A stretch of 64,000 nt of DNA from Eledone cirrhosa (Eukaryota): positions 23,064,001-23,128,000 of the forward strand of contig OZ024740.1 in NCBI GenBank assembly GCA_964016885.1. Reading direction: 5' to 3'. Numbering within the stretch: position 1 is the stretch's first letter; every line of letters begins with the position of its first letter. Below are positions 14,564 to 31,989 of this stretch, piece after piece. The translations under genes and the position numbers were made by a program. The notes beneath the pieces were generated by a model. The model was not told the DNA's origin. It made no database searches and saw nothing but the letters and a program-made list of their open reading frames with translations.

Positions 14564-15939
14564 TAGAGTTGAGATGGAGGGTCTGTGGTTTTTCTCACAT
14601 CATATATATATATATATATACACATACATAATTGTATTTGTTTCTTTATCTATCTATATATATGTATATAAAACAGCGTAAGGGTGCTTGTATCCATTAT
14701 ATCTAAAACCTAAAGTTGTTTACTATCTATCATATGCGCAGAAAGCTATGTGAGATCTATCAGAAGGAGGGTACTCTATATAATTTCTGAATATATTCAC
14801 GAAACTATGTCCACAAGCCGTAGTATTCTAACGAATAATAATAAGATAAAGCCATGTAGGAGAGCCCGTAGGGGACCAAAACATTGCCATAAAATGTATA
14901 GGATATGCGGAGTTGGCCACCCGCATATGCGAGCCCCACGTAGAGGAGTGGCTGTTTCAGCGTGTCTCCCTCGCCCTTCTCCGGAGCAATAATTCTCCAT
15001 CCTGTCAGCCGGAACCCACGCGTGGAGGGCAAGTTAGTTAAAACAACATCCTATAGTTATCTAACACATTAAACTACCATCATGTGCTGTAACTAGCAGC
15101 ACTAGGTAGACTGGCGATTGTTTTCACAGACAGACTAAGACCAACTCATTCATTTTACTTGCCAGGATCGGGCAGATCTTCAAACATTTTATTAGTCTGT
15201 CTCAGACTTCTCATCAGCGAGATAGAATGCGTGTGGGCGTGAAGACATCTGGTGTCCTTGGCCCTAGGTCCTCCTTCCTACTCACCACCATTGGCACAGA
15301 GTTGGCTACCCGCAGGTGTGAGCCCCGCGAGCTGGAATGGCTCTTCCAATGCGTCTCCCTCCGGTCAAACAGCATCTCTATTCTGTCCACTGTTCCCGCG
15401 GAGTGACCACCATATGGACCCCAATATGCACATAATAATTGTTTCTACTTTTGGCAATAATGGGAGATGGATAGAGCAAGAGAGCCAGAGGCAGTGAGTG
15501 AAACTAAAATACAGCAACTTTCTACTATAGATTTTTTATGTGTTTGTCTATTATTCTCAATACACAGAATTCTAGATAAGAAAACGACCACCATCTTCCC
15601 CCTGTTAATTGTAACTCTGCCACATAATGCGAATATTGGCACTGTATGTATTCATTTAATTGTTAGCGTTTCCCTGCTGTCTCGGAATCAAATTACTTGT
15701 CCTAGTATGGGAGAGAATTGAATGATTTCATTTTTTTTTTATTCATTAGCAATCTAAAGTGCTACGTTTATTTAAGTCAAATTTGGTTTAATAAAATTAA
15801 TTATAATTTAATTCATTTAGCCCACATCTGTGGAGAAATTCGTTTCAGCTATACTTTCGTGTCATCGGTGCAAAAGTCGGGTTTCAGAGACATTCAATTA
15901 CCTATCTATCTCTACCAACCTACACACACATACATGCTT

Positions 15940-15992
<53 letters not shown>

Positions 15993-16022
15993 TACATATA
16001 TACATATATATATATGTATATA

Positions 16023-16088
<66 letters not shown>

Positions 16089-16097
16089 TATATATAT

Positions 16098-17733
16098 AAA
16101 AGCGAATCAATAAGTAAGGCATGCAAGGAAGCCACAGACATAGTCATCAATGTCCCCTCACCCAATGATCTCAAATTAAGACCTATATAGCAGGCCCCGC
16201 TTGCGAAACGCACCGTCTTAGCAACTTCATTGATACCCTTCTCAAACCCTTCCTCAAACACATCAAAAGCTATATAAGGGACGACCTAGATATGCTCAAT
16301 CACCTCCCTAATATGTCACTTTCTGAACAAACCCTACTAGTGACGTTCGATGTAGTCAACCTATACTCCAACATCCCCCACAACCTAGGAATAGAAGCTA
16401 TCCAATTCTGGCTGGATAATTTCCACAATGAACTCCCACAACGCATCAAAAAAGAATTCGTGATAGAAGGACTCAAATTTATCTTGGAGAACAATTACTT
16501 CGTTTTCAATAACAACCCTACAGGCAGAAATCTGGGACCGCTATGGGAACGAAAACAGCCCCTACTTATGCCAACCTAGTCATGGGATACCTGGAAATCA
16601 CCCTCTACACTAAAGTCCTAAACAAATTTGGAAACACCCTCCACTTACACATTGAAAGGAACTGGAAGCGATATCTAGATGACTGCTTCATCCTTTGGCA
16701 CGAAAACATCGAAAAACTTAAAGAATTTCACACCCTTATAAATGGGCTCAACACAAATATTAACTTCACGATGGAATACAGCCATCAACAACTCCCCTTC
16801 CTCGACATCCTCATTAAGATCCATACCAAAAAAATAGAAACAGACATATACTACAAGCCCACAGACTCCAAGCAATATCTCCCCTTCAACTCTTGCCACC
16901 CTAGACACGTTAAAATTAATATTCCCTACAACTTAGCCAAGAGAATCTGTACTATAGTCTCCAATAAAAACATCTGCTACTTACGGCTACAAGAACTAAA
17001 GGACACACTCATAGGCAGGGACTACCCTGCATTACTAATTGACAATGGAATCCAACGTGCCCTAAAACTCAGTACCCAGGACCTTAGACACCCTAAAGTA
17101 AATCAACCAAAACTAAAAGCTCTTCCATACATCTCCACACACAACCCCCTCAACAATGAGGCCTTTGACACCATCCTCCAGAACATCCCTGTATTGAAAA
17201 AGGACCATAGAATGAACCAAATTCTACGAACACACGATATCATAAAGAGCAAAAGACAATCCAAGTCAATGAAAAACATCTTAACACATGCCAAAGTACT
17301 GCCAACCACAACAACGAAACCCACAGTAAAAAAATGCGATAGACCCAACTGTGGCATTTGCATCAACCTAATAGAGGGTTCGGAATTCTATTTCAACGAT
17401 GGACAACGTTTTATAGTAAAACACAATTTCACATGTGCATCGGAAAATCTAATATATGTATTAACTTGTTCAGGTTGTCGAGAACAATACATAGGCCAGA
17501 CCAAAAACAGCCTCCGCCAACGCATGACTGTCCATAGATCCCAAATTAAAATACGGGAATACAGGAAAATACCACTGAGTGAACACATTGATACCTGTGC
17601 CGCCCAAAATCATCCCAACTTCAGAATCTTTCCCCTCTACAAATTTAAAGATAATGCCACCCACACCCAGCGCATCAGCAAGGAATCTTACTTCATTAAC
17701 AAATACGGACCCCGTCTAAACACTTCTCCCTAA
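16098..17733 (+). pseudogene. Penelope-like element (Neptune-like) RT + GIY-YIG endonuclease, 5'-truncated, two frameshifts
   Basis: LVTFDVVNLYSNI, MGTKTAPTYANL, WKRYLDDCF, LPFLD, YKPTD, linker CDRPNCGIC, NLIY..YIGQT..R..H; starts directly after (TA)n. Confidence 0.92.
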
Positions 17734-18048
17734 GACGAACCCACAACATACACACGTCAACATACATACCTACATCAGCACACATATCTACCCACATATA
17801 AACACAATGACACACGTAAACACACATGCTCTATGGTGCAATACAAACAAATATATGTGCATATATATGTATGTATATATGTATATATATATATATGTAG
17901 TGAATATATGTATGTGTATATATATATATAGTGAATATCATTTCACACCTTTTATTGTTAAGATTTTTGATGTTCTATTAAGAGAACCGATTTTACTGAA
18001 AAAATCGAATAATGTACACCATTTTACCAGGGGGAAAAAAATACTGGT

Positions 18049-18105
<57 letters not shown>

Positions 18106-18259
18106 CAAACACATACACACGCGTACATCAACGTACAAAGAGACTTATACACACACACACACACACGCACTTCTCCGTATAAGACAAAAGCTGAAAAATA
18201 TCTTTTGACATGCTAAAATACTTTCAGACACATTCTTACTGACCATCGAATTACTCTGC

Positions 18260-18326
<67 letters not shown>

Positions 18327-18504
18327 TTATCTTAATAGCCATTTGACACACATCGCTGCTGGCCATTGTCGCAGCATCGAACACCTTACTACTACTACTA
18401 CACACACCTACACACCCACACACACACATATACACACACACACACATACACACACAAACACACATATTTGTTGTGAAAGAGTCATTTCTCAATCTTGGCG
18501 CAAA

Positions 18505-18942
18505 ACCAATTTTTTATCCACATGACCTCTACCGACCAATCAAAATTGTTTTGACCAAGAATTTTTGCTGGAGCCACTTTTTTAACATAAAAACAGTCTT
18601 GGCGCAAAATCAACTTTTTACATTCTCATGACCTCTACCGACCAATCAAAATTGTTTTGACCACAAGCATTTTTGCAACACAAAAATAACGCTGGAGCCA
18701 CTTTTTTAACATAAAAACAGGTAGAATTCCCAAAACTAATCAGATCAGAGCAAACAGCACGGACACTCTATCTCAAAATTATTTTTGAAAAGCATTTAGA
18801 AATGCGCAACCGGTAAAAACTTAAAAACTTAAAACCACAACTGAATACTAACCCATACAATCACTAATACTCTTTTATTCCTAATTAAACCATTTTTCAA
18901 CTGTGAACAATTTGTCAGCATTTTCTATTCCGTTTACCAATA
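18505..18942 (+). mobile_element. PLE-type terminal repeat with HHR-like motif at 18782-18818; inverted near-identical copy at 27880-28315
   Basis: TTT-TTGAAAA-GCATT(TAGA)AATGC-GCAA-CCGG-TA-AAA; internal duplication of about 100 bp; ends at (TA)n. Confidence 0.7.
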
Positions 18943-18964
18943 TATAAATATATATATACATATT

Positions 18965-19013
<49 letters not shown>

Positions 19014-19017
19014 GAAA

Positions 19018-19054
19018 GAACCTGAAGATTGCGAAAGCATGAAAATACTTGTTC
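19018..19054 (+). ncRNA. Minimal hammerhead-like motif
   Basis: GAAC-CTGAAGA-TTGC(GAAA)GCAT-GAAA-ATACTT-GTTC, a few nt after (TA)n. Confidence 0.6.
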
Positions 19055-19293
19055 AATTAACACTTAACATTTAATATTCTACCATACTATTTCATTATAA
19101 TATCATTATAATTTTAAAGGATTGTAAATAAAACGAGTGAATCAGGCAAAGTTGGAATTCCTTTTATTAATATATATGTATATATATATATATATATATA
19201 CAAATATATATATAACAATATATATATAACAATATTTGTTTCGACACACGATTTCATATCAGAAACCTCGCAAAACTAATTCATCGCCGTTTC

Positions 19294-19361
<68 letters not shown>

Positions 19362-19363
<2 letters not shown>

Positions 19364-19518
19364 CGAAGGAAATGTGGTAAGGAACCTGGTGGACCATAAC
19401 GCACCAAAGTACTCAATACTTAGGGTAGTAGAGTGGGTAATAGGAACAAGTAAGACCCCGACGGCTGAGCTCAAGCCGTTTCGACGGCTTGAGCTCAGCC
19501 GTCGGGGTCTTACTTGTT

Positions 19519-19521
<3 letters not shown>
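19362..19521. mobile_element. Family A PLE 3' terminus, fold-back copy
   Basis: GACCCCGACGGCTGAGCTCAAGCCG-TTTCGA-CGGCTTGAGCTCAGCCGTCGGGGTC hairpin, (TA)n on both sides. Confidence 0.8.
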
Positions 19522-19579
<58 letters not shown>

Positions 19580-19609
19580 AAATGTGTGTAATCCTTGGTA
19601 CAGTTAGGT

Positions 19610-23131
<3,522 letters not shown>

Positions 23132-23177
23132 TATTAATTCAAAATATTAACAAAAATAGAACTTCTGATCAAGTATA

Positions 23178-23240
23178 TTTTATTATACATATTTCAGAGG
23201 TACTGAGCTAACTTCAACAGTACGTCCTCATCAGATAAAA
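23178..23240 (-). ncRNA. Type I hammerhead ribozyme
   Basis: TTTTAT-CTGATGA-GGACGTACTG..CAGTACCTCT-GAAA-TATGTA-TA-ATAAAA. Confidence 0.8.
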
Positions 23241-24030
23241 TAAGATGAGGCATGACATAACCTGACATAGTAAATGGTTAAGATCCGGTCATGGTAGCGA
23301 GTAAGATATGATAAAACTCAATATTTAAATACCTTAAGATTGAGACATGAAAAAACTTACATATAATACATATAATACAGAGGGTGCGTGTAAGAAAGCT
23401 TAAAAATACATAACAGCAATTTACATAACTGTTAGAGATTCAAATAATTATTGAAGAAAGAGGAAAGAAAAAAAGAAAGACAGAGAAAACAGATGAGGGG
23501 TAAATATAGCTAGTAGAGGTATAGAGAGCAAAAGAGAATTGATCAAGGAAAGAGAGAGAAAGAGGAATAAATTATAGGGAGGGATGAATTATATATATCT
23601 ATACATAACTATACATTTGGGCATAGCTATGCGATAGAGTAAACTCAAAACTTTGAATTATTGAATTATCTAGAAGTATTCATCTATCTAAATCCTAAAT
23701 ACAACTGGGTGTAATTAATAAAGGTTAATTTCCTTAGTTAATTAGTTATATATACTATACAAACGTATCCGGTTGACCGTTAACTTTCAAATCATTTAAG
23801 TTAGTTCAGAGTAATGAATTAATCAAAGTGTATAATATTTCAGGCTATAAAAATTTATAAATATCTATATTAATATTAAAGTATACTATCATATTTAATT
23901 TATAAAATCATATTTTATGATTTATTCTTTGATTTATTCATTGAACCTTGTTTAAACTTTAAATATATATATATTTATAGAAAAGATGAATATAAAATGA
24001 AAGTGCTTTTATAAAGGAATTTATTAGGTA

Positions 24031-24141
24031 TTGACATATGTTTCTGTAACAAACGGAATACCTATGTATCGCTGCTTGCGTAATCATATCATGTTAGCAA
24101 GTATTCGATAGCAAATGTATAATCAGTTGTTACTTCTTCAG
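24031..24141 (-). ncRNA. Hammerhead-like motif with long (about 90 nt) stem II insert
   Basis: CTGAAGA-AGTAAC...GTTACA-GAAA-CATATG-TC; stem I pairing not evident. Confidence 0.4.
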
Positions 24142-24148
24142 AGGTATT

Positions 24149-24231
<83 letters not shown>

Positions 24232-24254
24232 ATATATAAGTTTATCGCTGGTGC

Positions 24255-24470
24255 AATCGGGGGTAACCGCAGTAAGTAAGGTACTCAATACAAAGCAGAG
24301 TATAAATATTTAATATAGAAATGGCTTCTACAGGACTAGAGCTGTTTCATTCGGGAGAAATCTTCAGGAAGCCCTGATGATTTCTCCCGATGATTTCTCA
24401 AGTCTCCCTGATGAGTTCTCGCGAATGAAATAGTTCTAGTCCTGTAGAAGCCTTTTCTATAATAAATATG
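24255..24470. mobile_element. Family B fold-back with opposed hammerheads (24323-24373 minus; 24408-24452 plus)
   Basis: Same HHR family as 1451; GGCTTC-CTGAAGA..GAAACAG..CTGTA-GAAGCC and its inverted copy lacking the 5' stem I strand. Confidence 0.8.
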
Positions 24471-25193
24471 TATATAACTTTGGTTTTCGTTTTACATTGT
24501 TTTCGTTCATTGTCTTCTCTTTATTAATTTTCCTAAGTTTATATATATAAATAAACTTAGGAAAATTAATAGAGGACAGACAAGAAAATGAACCAAAACC
24601 AATTTTTTAAAGGGGAAACATTAAAAAAATATCATTTTTTAAAAATATAAATACAAACGAAAGACAGGGAACTCCAGGTCATCGGCCGTTGTGATGAACT
24701 TGGCAGTTTCGGCCCTTACTAACGGTACTATTGGTCGAACCAGGGTCACAGCGTCAAATACAAGCCAAAACGCTGTCCATGGAGTAAGAGATGAGACAAA
24801 ACAATAATTTATAGTAGTTAAATTATAACATGTAAACATAGAATTTATGTGAGGTCAGGGAAATGTATTGTCTTTATATCATGGAATAAATATATTAATG
24901 TTTCTGATTTTCTCAGTCATAAGACTGCAACCGGCACCACTATGAGAGCTTTGTCCATTACATTAACACCTAAACCCCTATATATATCGTTATCATGTTC
25001 GTACATATTTTATTGATCCGCTATATATATATATATATATATGTGGAGGGGAGGGCGGGGTTAAAAATGATTGTACGTTTCATAATATTTGTACAATTGT
25101 TTCAATATAAAAATAATAAATATTTTCGGTCCACAAATAACACACATGCAGAAACACACACACACAGACACAGATACAGACACACACACACAG

Positions 25194-25253
<60 letters not shown>

Positions 25254-25331
25254 AATGTAATCTGAGTTTTTAGAATATAATAATAACATTCGATTTGTTT
25301 GCAATTTTGCAAACAAGCCTCAATTTTCTTT

Positions 25332-25397
<66 letters not shown>

Positions 25398-25420
25398 TAT
25401 ATACATTTTTTTTTTTTTTT

Positions 25421-25559
25421 TTAGTCCAGAATTAGCCGTCGAAACGGCTTGAGCTCAGCCGTCGGGGTCTTACTGGTTCCTATTACCCACTCTACTACCC
25501 TAATTGCGTACTTTGGTGCGTTATGGTCCACCTGGTTCCTTACCACATTTCCTTCGTTA
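25421..25559 (+). mobile_element. Family A PLE 3' terminus, single copy
   Basis: TAGTCCAGAATTAGCCGTCGAAACGGC...TTCCTTCGTT then (AT)n. Confidence 0.75.
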
Positions 25560-25563
25560 TATA

Positions 25564-25609
<46 letters not shown>

Positions 25610-25750
25610 AGAGAATGAGTGAGAGTGAGGAAGAAAGTGAACAATGAGAAAGAGAAAGAGATAGATAGTGAGAGTGAGAGACAGAGAAAGAAAGAGAGTG
25701 TGTGTGAGAGTGAACAAGAGGGAGGGCAACTGAGAAAGAGCGAGAAAGGG

Positions 25751-25833
<83 letters not shown>

Positions 25834-26145
25834 AGGAGAGTGTGTGAGAGTGCGCAAGAGAGAGGGCAAGAAAAAGCAAGGGAGAGAGAGTGTAGGATGA
25901 TGTAGTGTTGGTTGTGCCAAAGATGTGACAGCCAACATTAGCAAGTGTCTATCATAACAACATACATTTACAACACAGAGATCATTCAGATATGTCACAG
26001 TATATTTTCTGTACTTTTAATCAATTATACAGATTCATCATAACTTCCAGTCATAGCAGTCATCCACTGATTTTCAATAAGACATTCTTGCCTTATAATG
26101 TGGTGTACTGTTGGCTTCTTGCTCACAATAATTTCTATACTTTTC

Positions 26146-26240
<95 letters not shown>

Positions 26241-26244
<4 letters not shown>

Positions 26245-26476
26245 CTTCACGGCACAGGCATTACTTTATATCTGCAGATCTGTCTGCACTTGTCATCACA
26301 TGGTACCATGGGCCCAGCACTATGTGTCAATAATTGTCGCAAGTGTAGTGTTTGTACTAGAGTTTTCAAGTCGCTGGCTGAACTAAAAAGTCACACTCGT
26401 TCAGCGCAACGCTAAGGGTTCTCCTACATGGACATAAAGTAGTGGCCGTACTCGAAAACGAGTTGGCAGCCACCAT
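26241..26476 (+). mobile_element. RTE-type LINE 3' fragment
   Basis: Homologous to 13503-14066. Confidence 0.7.
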
Positions 26477-26524
26477 ATAGGTATGTATGTATATATATAT
26501 ATTATACGTCTATCTATCTATCTA

Positions 26525-26615
<91 letters not shown>

Positions 26616-26788
26616 GCACAGTACACACACCATTATAAGAGTGAGTGAGAAATGAAATTTCGTTTCATTCTTTTTCATTTATCGTTTTCGGTGCGCCCGG
26701 CCGAGTAACTCACTCGATATGCAAATTAGGCTGCTCAGGCGTTAATATGCATAAGGAAAGTATATACTTTGAGACATTCAACCATCTG

Positions 26789-26849
26789 GCAGGAAGGTAT
26801 ACGATGCTGACGATAGCTAATAAGCTTGAAACTAGTACATCGTTCCTGC
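26789..26849 (+). ncRNA. Type I hammerhead ribozyme with extended, bulged stem I
   Basis: GCAGGA-aggtat-ACGATG-CTGACGA-TAGCT(AATA)AGCTT-GAAA-CTAG-TA-CATCGT-TCCTGC. Confidence 0.88.
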
Positions 26850-27109
26850 GTCAGTGTTGAACAAAAAGGCGACGATGGTTGCCTGAACACTGTACGGCGT
26901 AATTCGGGCTGTTTGTTTGTTTACAAACAAACCGAACATTATAATAAATGTTCGGTAAACCCATACGTACATATATATATGTGTGTGCATGTATGTATAT
27001 ATGTACATACTACTGTACGTCTGTATACATATATGTATGTACGTATACATATATACTTACACTTAAGTATCAGCCGTACTAAGAGTGAGAAATGAAATTT
27101 CGTTTCATT

Positions 27110-27715
<606 letters not shown>

Positions 27716-27719
27716 AATT

Positions 27720-28315
<596 letters not shown>

Positions 28316-28351
28316 GTTATGTGTGTGTGTGTGTGTGTGTGTGTATGTATA

Positions 28352-28393
<42 letters not shown>

Positions 28394-28396
28394 TAT

Positions 28397-28526
<130 letters not shown>

Positions 28527-29997
28527 ATATATATATACACATATACATATAGATATAATTATATAAATATAAACAAGAACTCACATAACTACGCCGATTT
28601 AGGCATCCCCAAACATACATACTTATACGCACAACGACAAATGTAACCTTCCAGCCCCTAACACACATACGAATATCTTTGAGGGTTCAGCACCTTTATT
28701 GGGAGCCATTAGATCCACGCCGGGATATGTGTTTATATGTGTTGTCTTTCAAAATGGCATCTGCTATTGTGATTGAAAAACAAAATTTAACAAGAATGGA
28801 TTGTATTTAATCTATACACATAACTACACATTTTCACAGTCTCTCTCTATTTCCCTGTCTCTTTGCATGCATTTCTATATCTGTTTGTTTCTTTCTATCT
28901 ATCTCTCTGTCTCTCTTTTGTCTCTGTTCCCCTTTTCTCTTTGTCTCTCTCTTTTGTCTTTTTGTCTTTTTGTTTGTTATTCTTTTTATAAAATTAATTT
29001 AGAAAAGAAACAAAACTAACAAATCAAATAATGAAAGAATAAAAGATTAAATGCAATAAAAAAATAAATTGGGTAACTTTTATTATTTAATCTGATTTTT
29101 TTTTAACAATCGTTCAAAGGAAGCGATTTTGAAATGAATAACTAAAAGACCCCCCCCCCCCCCCCACCTCGCCAAATAATAATAAAATAATCAATAAATA
29201 AAAAAACAAATTTCTCTTTATTCCCACCCAGACCCAATACTATTTTGATACTTATTTTGCAGAGTAATATGAAAAATTAATAAGAAAAATTAAAAACAAA
29301 ATGGCGTCCAATGTAATTTTTCTTTTGATATCGTTACAGGCTGACATTTTGTTTGGTTTTATATTCTAGTCATTATAACGAAAAATGAAAAGCGCAATAG
29401 TAAAAAGAGACGAAAATGTGGTTGTTATAATATTCATTTACATTCTCACTCTCACCACATTTCTTTTCAGTGGTGTTTCTCTCGATATTCTGCTTTCAAT
29501 TCGCAATCCTACCCACCCTCACTCTCCCTCTCTGCTATTATCTCGTTTTTTCCTAACTCTCTCTCTCTCTCTCTCTCTTACTGTCTGCTGTACTCTTTTG
29601 TCCATTGACCAGATGAATTAGTGTCAATTGTCTGCAAACTGTGTGATGTTACATCAGTGTGTCTTGTTAGTTGTTAGTGAAGTTGATGTCACAGGTTATT
29701 GAACTTGATCTTACTTTACGTCTCTGGAATTACCTCTCACCAGACAAAAGAAATCTTCTCTCACTTTTTTTATTTTTTATGTTTCTAATTTTTTTCAAAT
29801 TTTCTTTAATCCGTTCTTTCTTTCTGTCCTTTTCTCTTTCTTTCATGCCATCGATGTCTCGTTGTTTTCTTCATTTATTAAAATGAGAACAAAATTCACA
29901 GAATATATTGATTTCCTATGCAGGAAACACGATTTTTAGATTTATAGGTCAAGAGAAAAGAGAGTGTGCGACATTCATTCATGATCTGAAGACAAAA

Positions 29998-30312
29998 TAG
30001 TCTTTTAAGATATTTGCTAGCTCCTGCAAGTTGGCAGTGGTCATACTGGGGCAACATTATCATACTGAGGCTAGTATAGTCTTTTAATATATTTGCTGGC
30101 TCCTTCTTATTGGCAGTGGTCATACTGGGGCAATATCATTATAGTGAGTCTAGTAAAATCTTTTAATATATTTACTGGCTCCAGCATGTTGGCAGTGGTC
30201 ATACTGGGGCAACATTATCATACTGAGTCTAGTATAGTCTTTTTAAATATTTACTAGCTCCTTCATGTTGGCTGTGGTCATACTGGGGCGATGTTATCAT
30301 ACTGCGTCTAGT
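29998..30312. repeat. 78-79 bp minisatellite, 4 units
   Basis: GC(A/T)GTGGTCATACTGGGGC recurs at about 30035, 30113, 30192, 30271. Confidence 0.9.
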
Positions 30313-31064
30313 TTCATATGAACTATGATTCAAGAACAATCTTTTCATATTGACATATGTCAGAGATGTGACAGCTGTTCATTTGATAGGTCTTAAAGAC
30401 ATGCAGAAAAAGATAGTGTGCGCGCGTGTAAGTGTGTGTGTGTGAGAGAGAGAGTCTGAGTGTGTGAATCTGTGTGTGTGTGTGTGTATGTGATGTTTTA
30501 GATTTGAGATATTAATGAGTCATATTGGATTAAAGGAAGTGAATTGATAGAGACATGAGACGTAGGAAAGAAGATTGAAAGTAAAGTGAGAAAGAAAGAA
30601 AGAAAGTGAAAGAGAGAGGGTTGGGCCGGGACGAGAGGAATACGGAGAATGGAAAGTAGAATGAAGAAATAATATATAAGAAATGGAGGAGGAGACTATA
30701 AAATATAAAGTTAATTGCTGCATATTTTACATATGCACAAAGCTTATGGTTTTAACACAGTAGAAATTTGAAGCTGTGATCTTCATACATATCACCAACA
30801 AATATATTTACTTTAAAATAACTTTTCATTTAGATTGAAATTTGAAAAACGAATCGGTATATTATATTATATATTTAGAGCAATGTCCTATTAAAATCTT
30901 CATTTCAAATTTCAACAAGGACTAATGGTAATAAATACTGAAATAAAGTGGTTTGGAATTGCTTTACGTTTTAACAAGCCTTGAACACAGATAATATTGC
31001 AAATTTACTCTTTTGTGACAACACTCAATATGTGATCGACCTAATCATTATATGTTCGTATAGT

Positions 31065-31212
31065 TGACGAATTGGCAGAGTCTTTAGAATGTCGGATAGA
31101 ATGTTTTGGGCTGGTCGTTCCGGCTCTCTGCTCTCTGACCCTGGGAAGGTCAACTTTGCATTTCATCCTTTCGAAGTCGATAAAAAAAGTACCAGTATAG
31201 TACTGGAGTCGA
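31065..31212 (+). mobile_element. Degenerate Meta-domain SINE
   Basis: GGTCAACTTTGCATTTCATCCTTTCGAAGTCGATAAAAAAAGTACCAGT. Confidence 0.75.
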
Positions 31213-31444
31213 TTCTTCCTTTCTATCTATCTCTGTAAGAGGGATGGGCTCTTCCAGCCTTAAAATACCCTAGAAAGGGCGGATGCCACTACGGCTCTAT
31301 GAAATGTTACGGGACCATGCATGTCATGGCTAGTGATTGAAATGAATGCTGACAGAATGCATTGGGTGCACCCCTTTCTTCCATCCTCGACGCACACGTA
31401 CTCGTATACTTGCGCACATATATACAGAGACGCATACACGCGCG

Positions 31445-31484
<40 letters not shown>

Positions 31485-31496
31485 CACACACGCACA

Positions 31497-31541
<45 letters not shown>

Positions 31542-31989
31542 CAGACGTTTACCGATGACGCACAATTTTGGCCTCCAGGATTGGTGTGATACAGGGAGTA
31601 AAATTATTTTAAGACAAGTGACCTAACATGAATGCTCTACATTAAATATCACCCAAGTGGACAACACTAAAACCACCCAAATGGTCAACACTGAAACCAG
31701 CCAGGTGATGGTTGTTAAACTGAGTAAGAGTTAAATCTACCAACCAAAATAAATACAACAGGATACCAACATAGAATGGGATGATCCGGGGCCAATTCCG
31801 CCCGAATGAACTGCTATTTTATTTGTATTGAACGCTGAAAAGGATAAAAGGCATAGTTATTTCCAAGAAGATTTGAATTCGGGGACAGAGATTTGATAGA
31901 AATTGTTTTCTTTTGCTCAAATAATTTTGCCAAGTCACAATTGACAGTTTAATTCTCTATGGCATCACCTGCTACGTCACTATAAAGCT

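Noticed and set aside
13153-15400. GC-richer unclassified segments (13153-13430, 14840-15400), possibly LINE 5' UTR or SINE pieces
   Set aside because: No second copy or coding motif in the window to support a call
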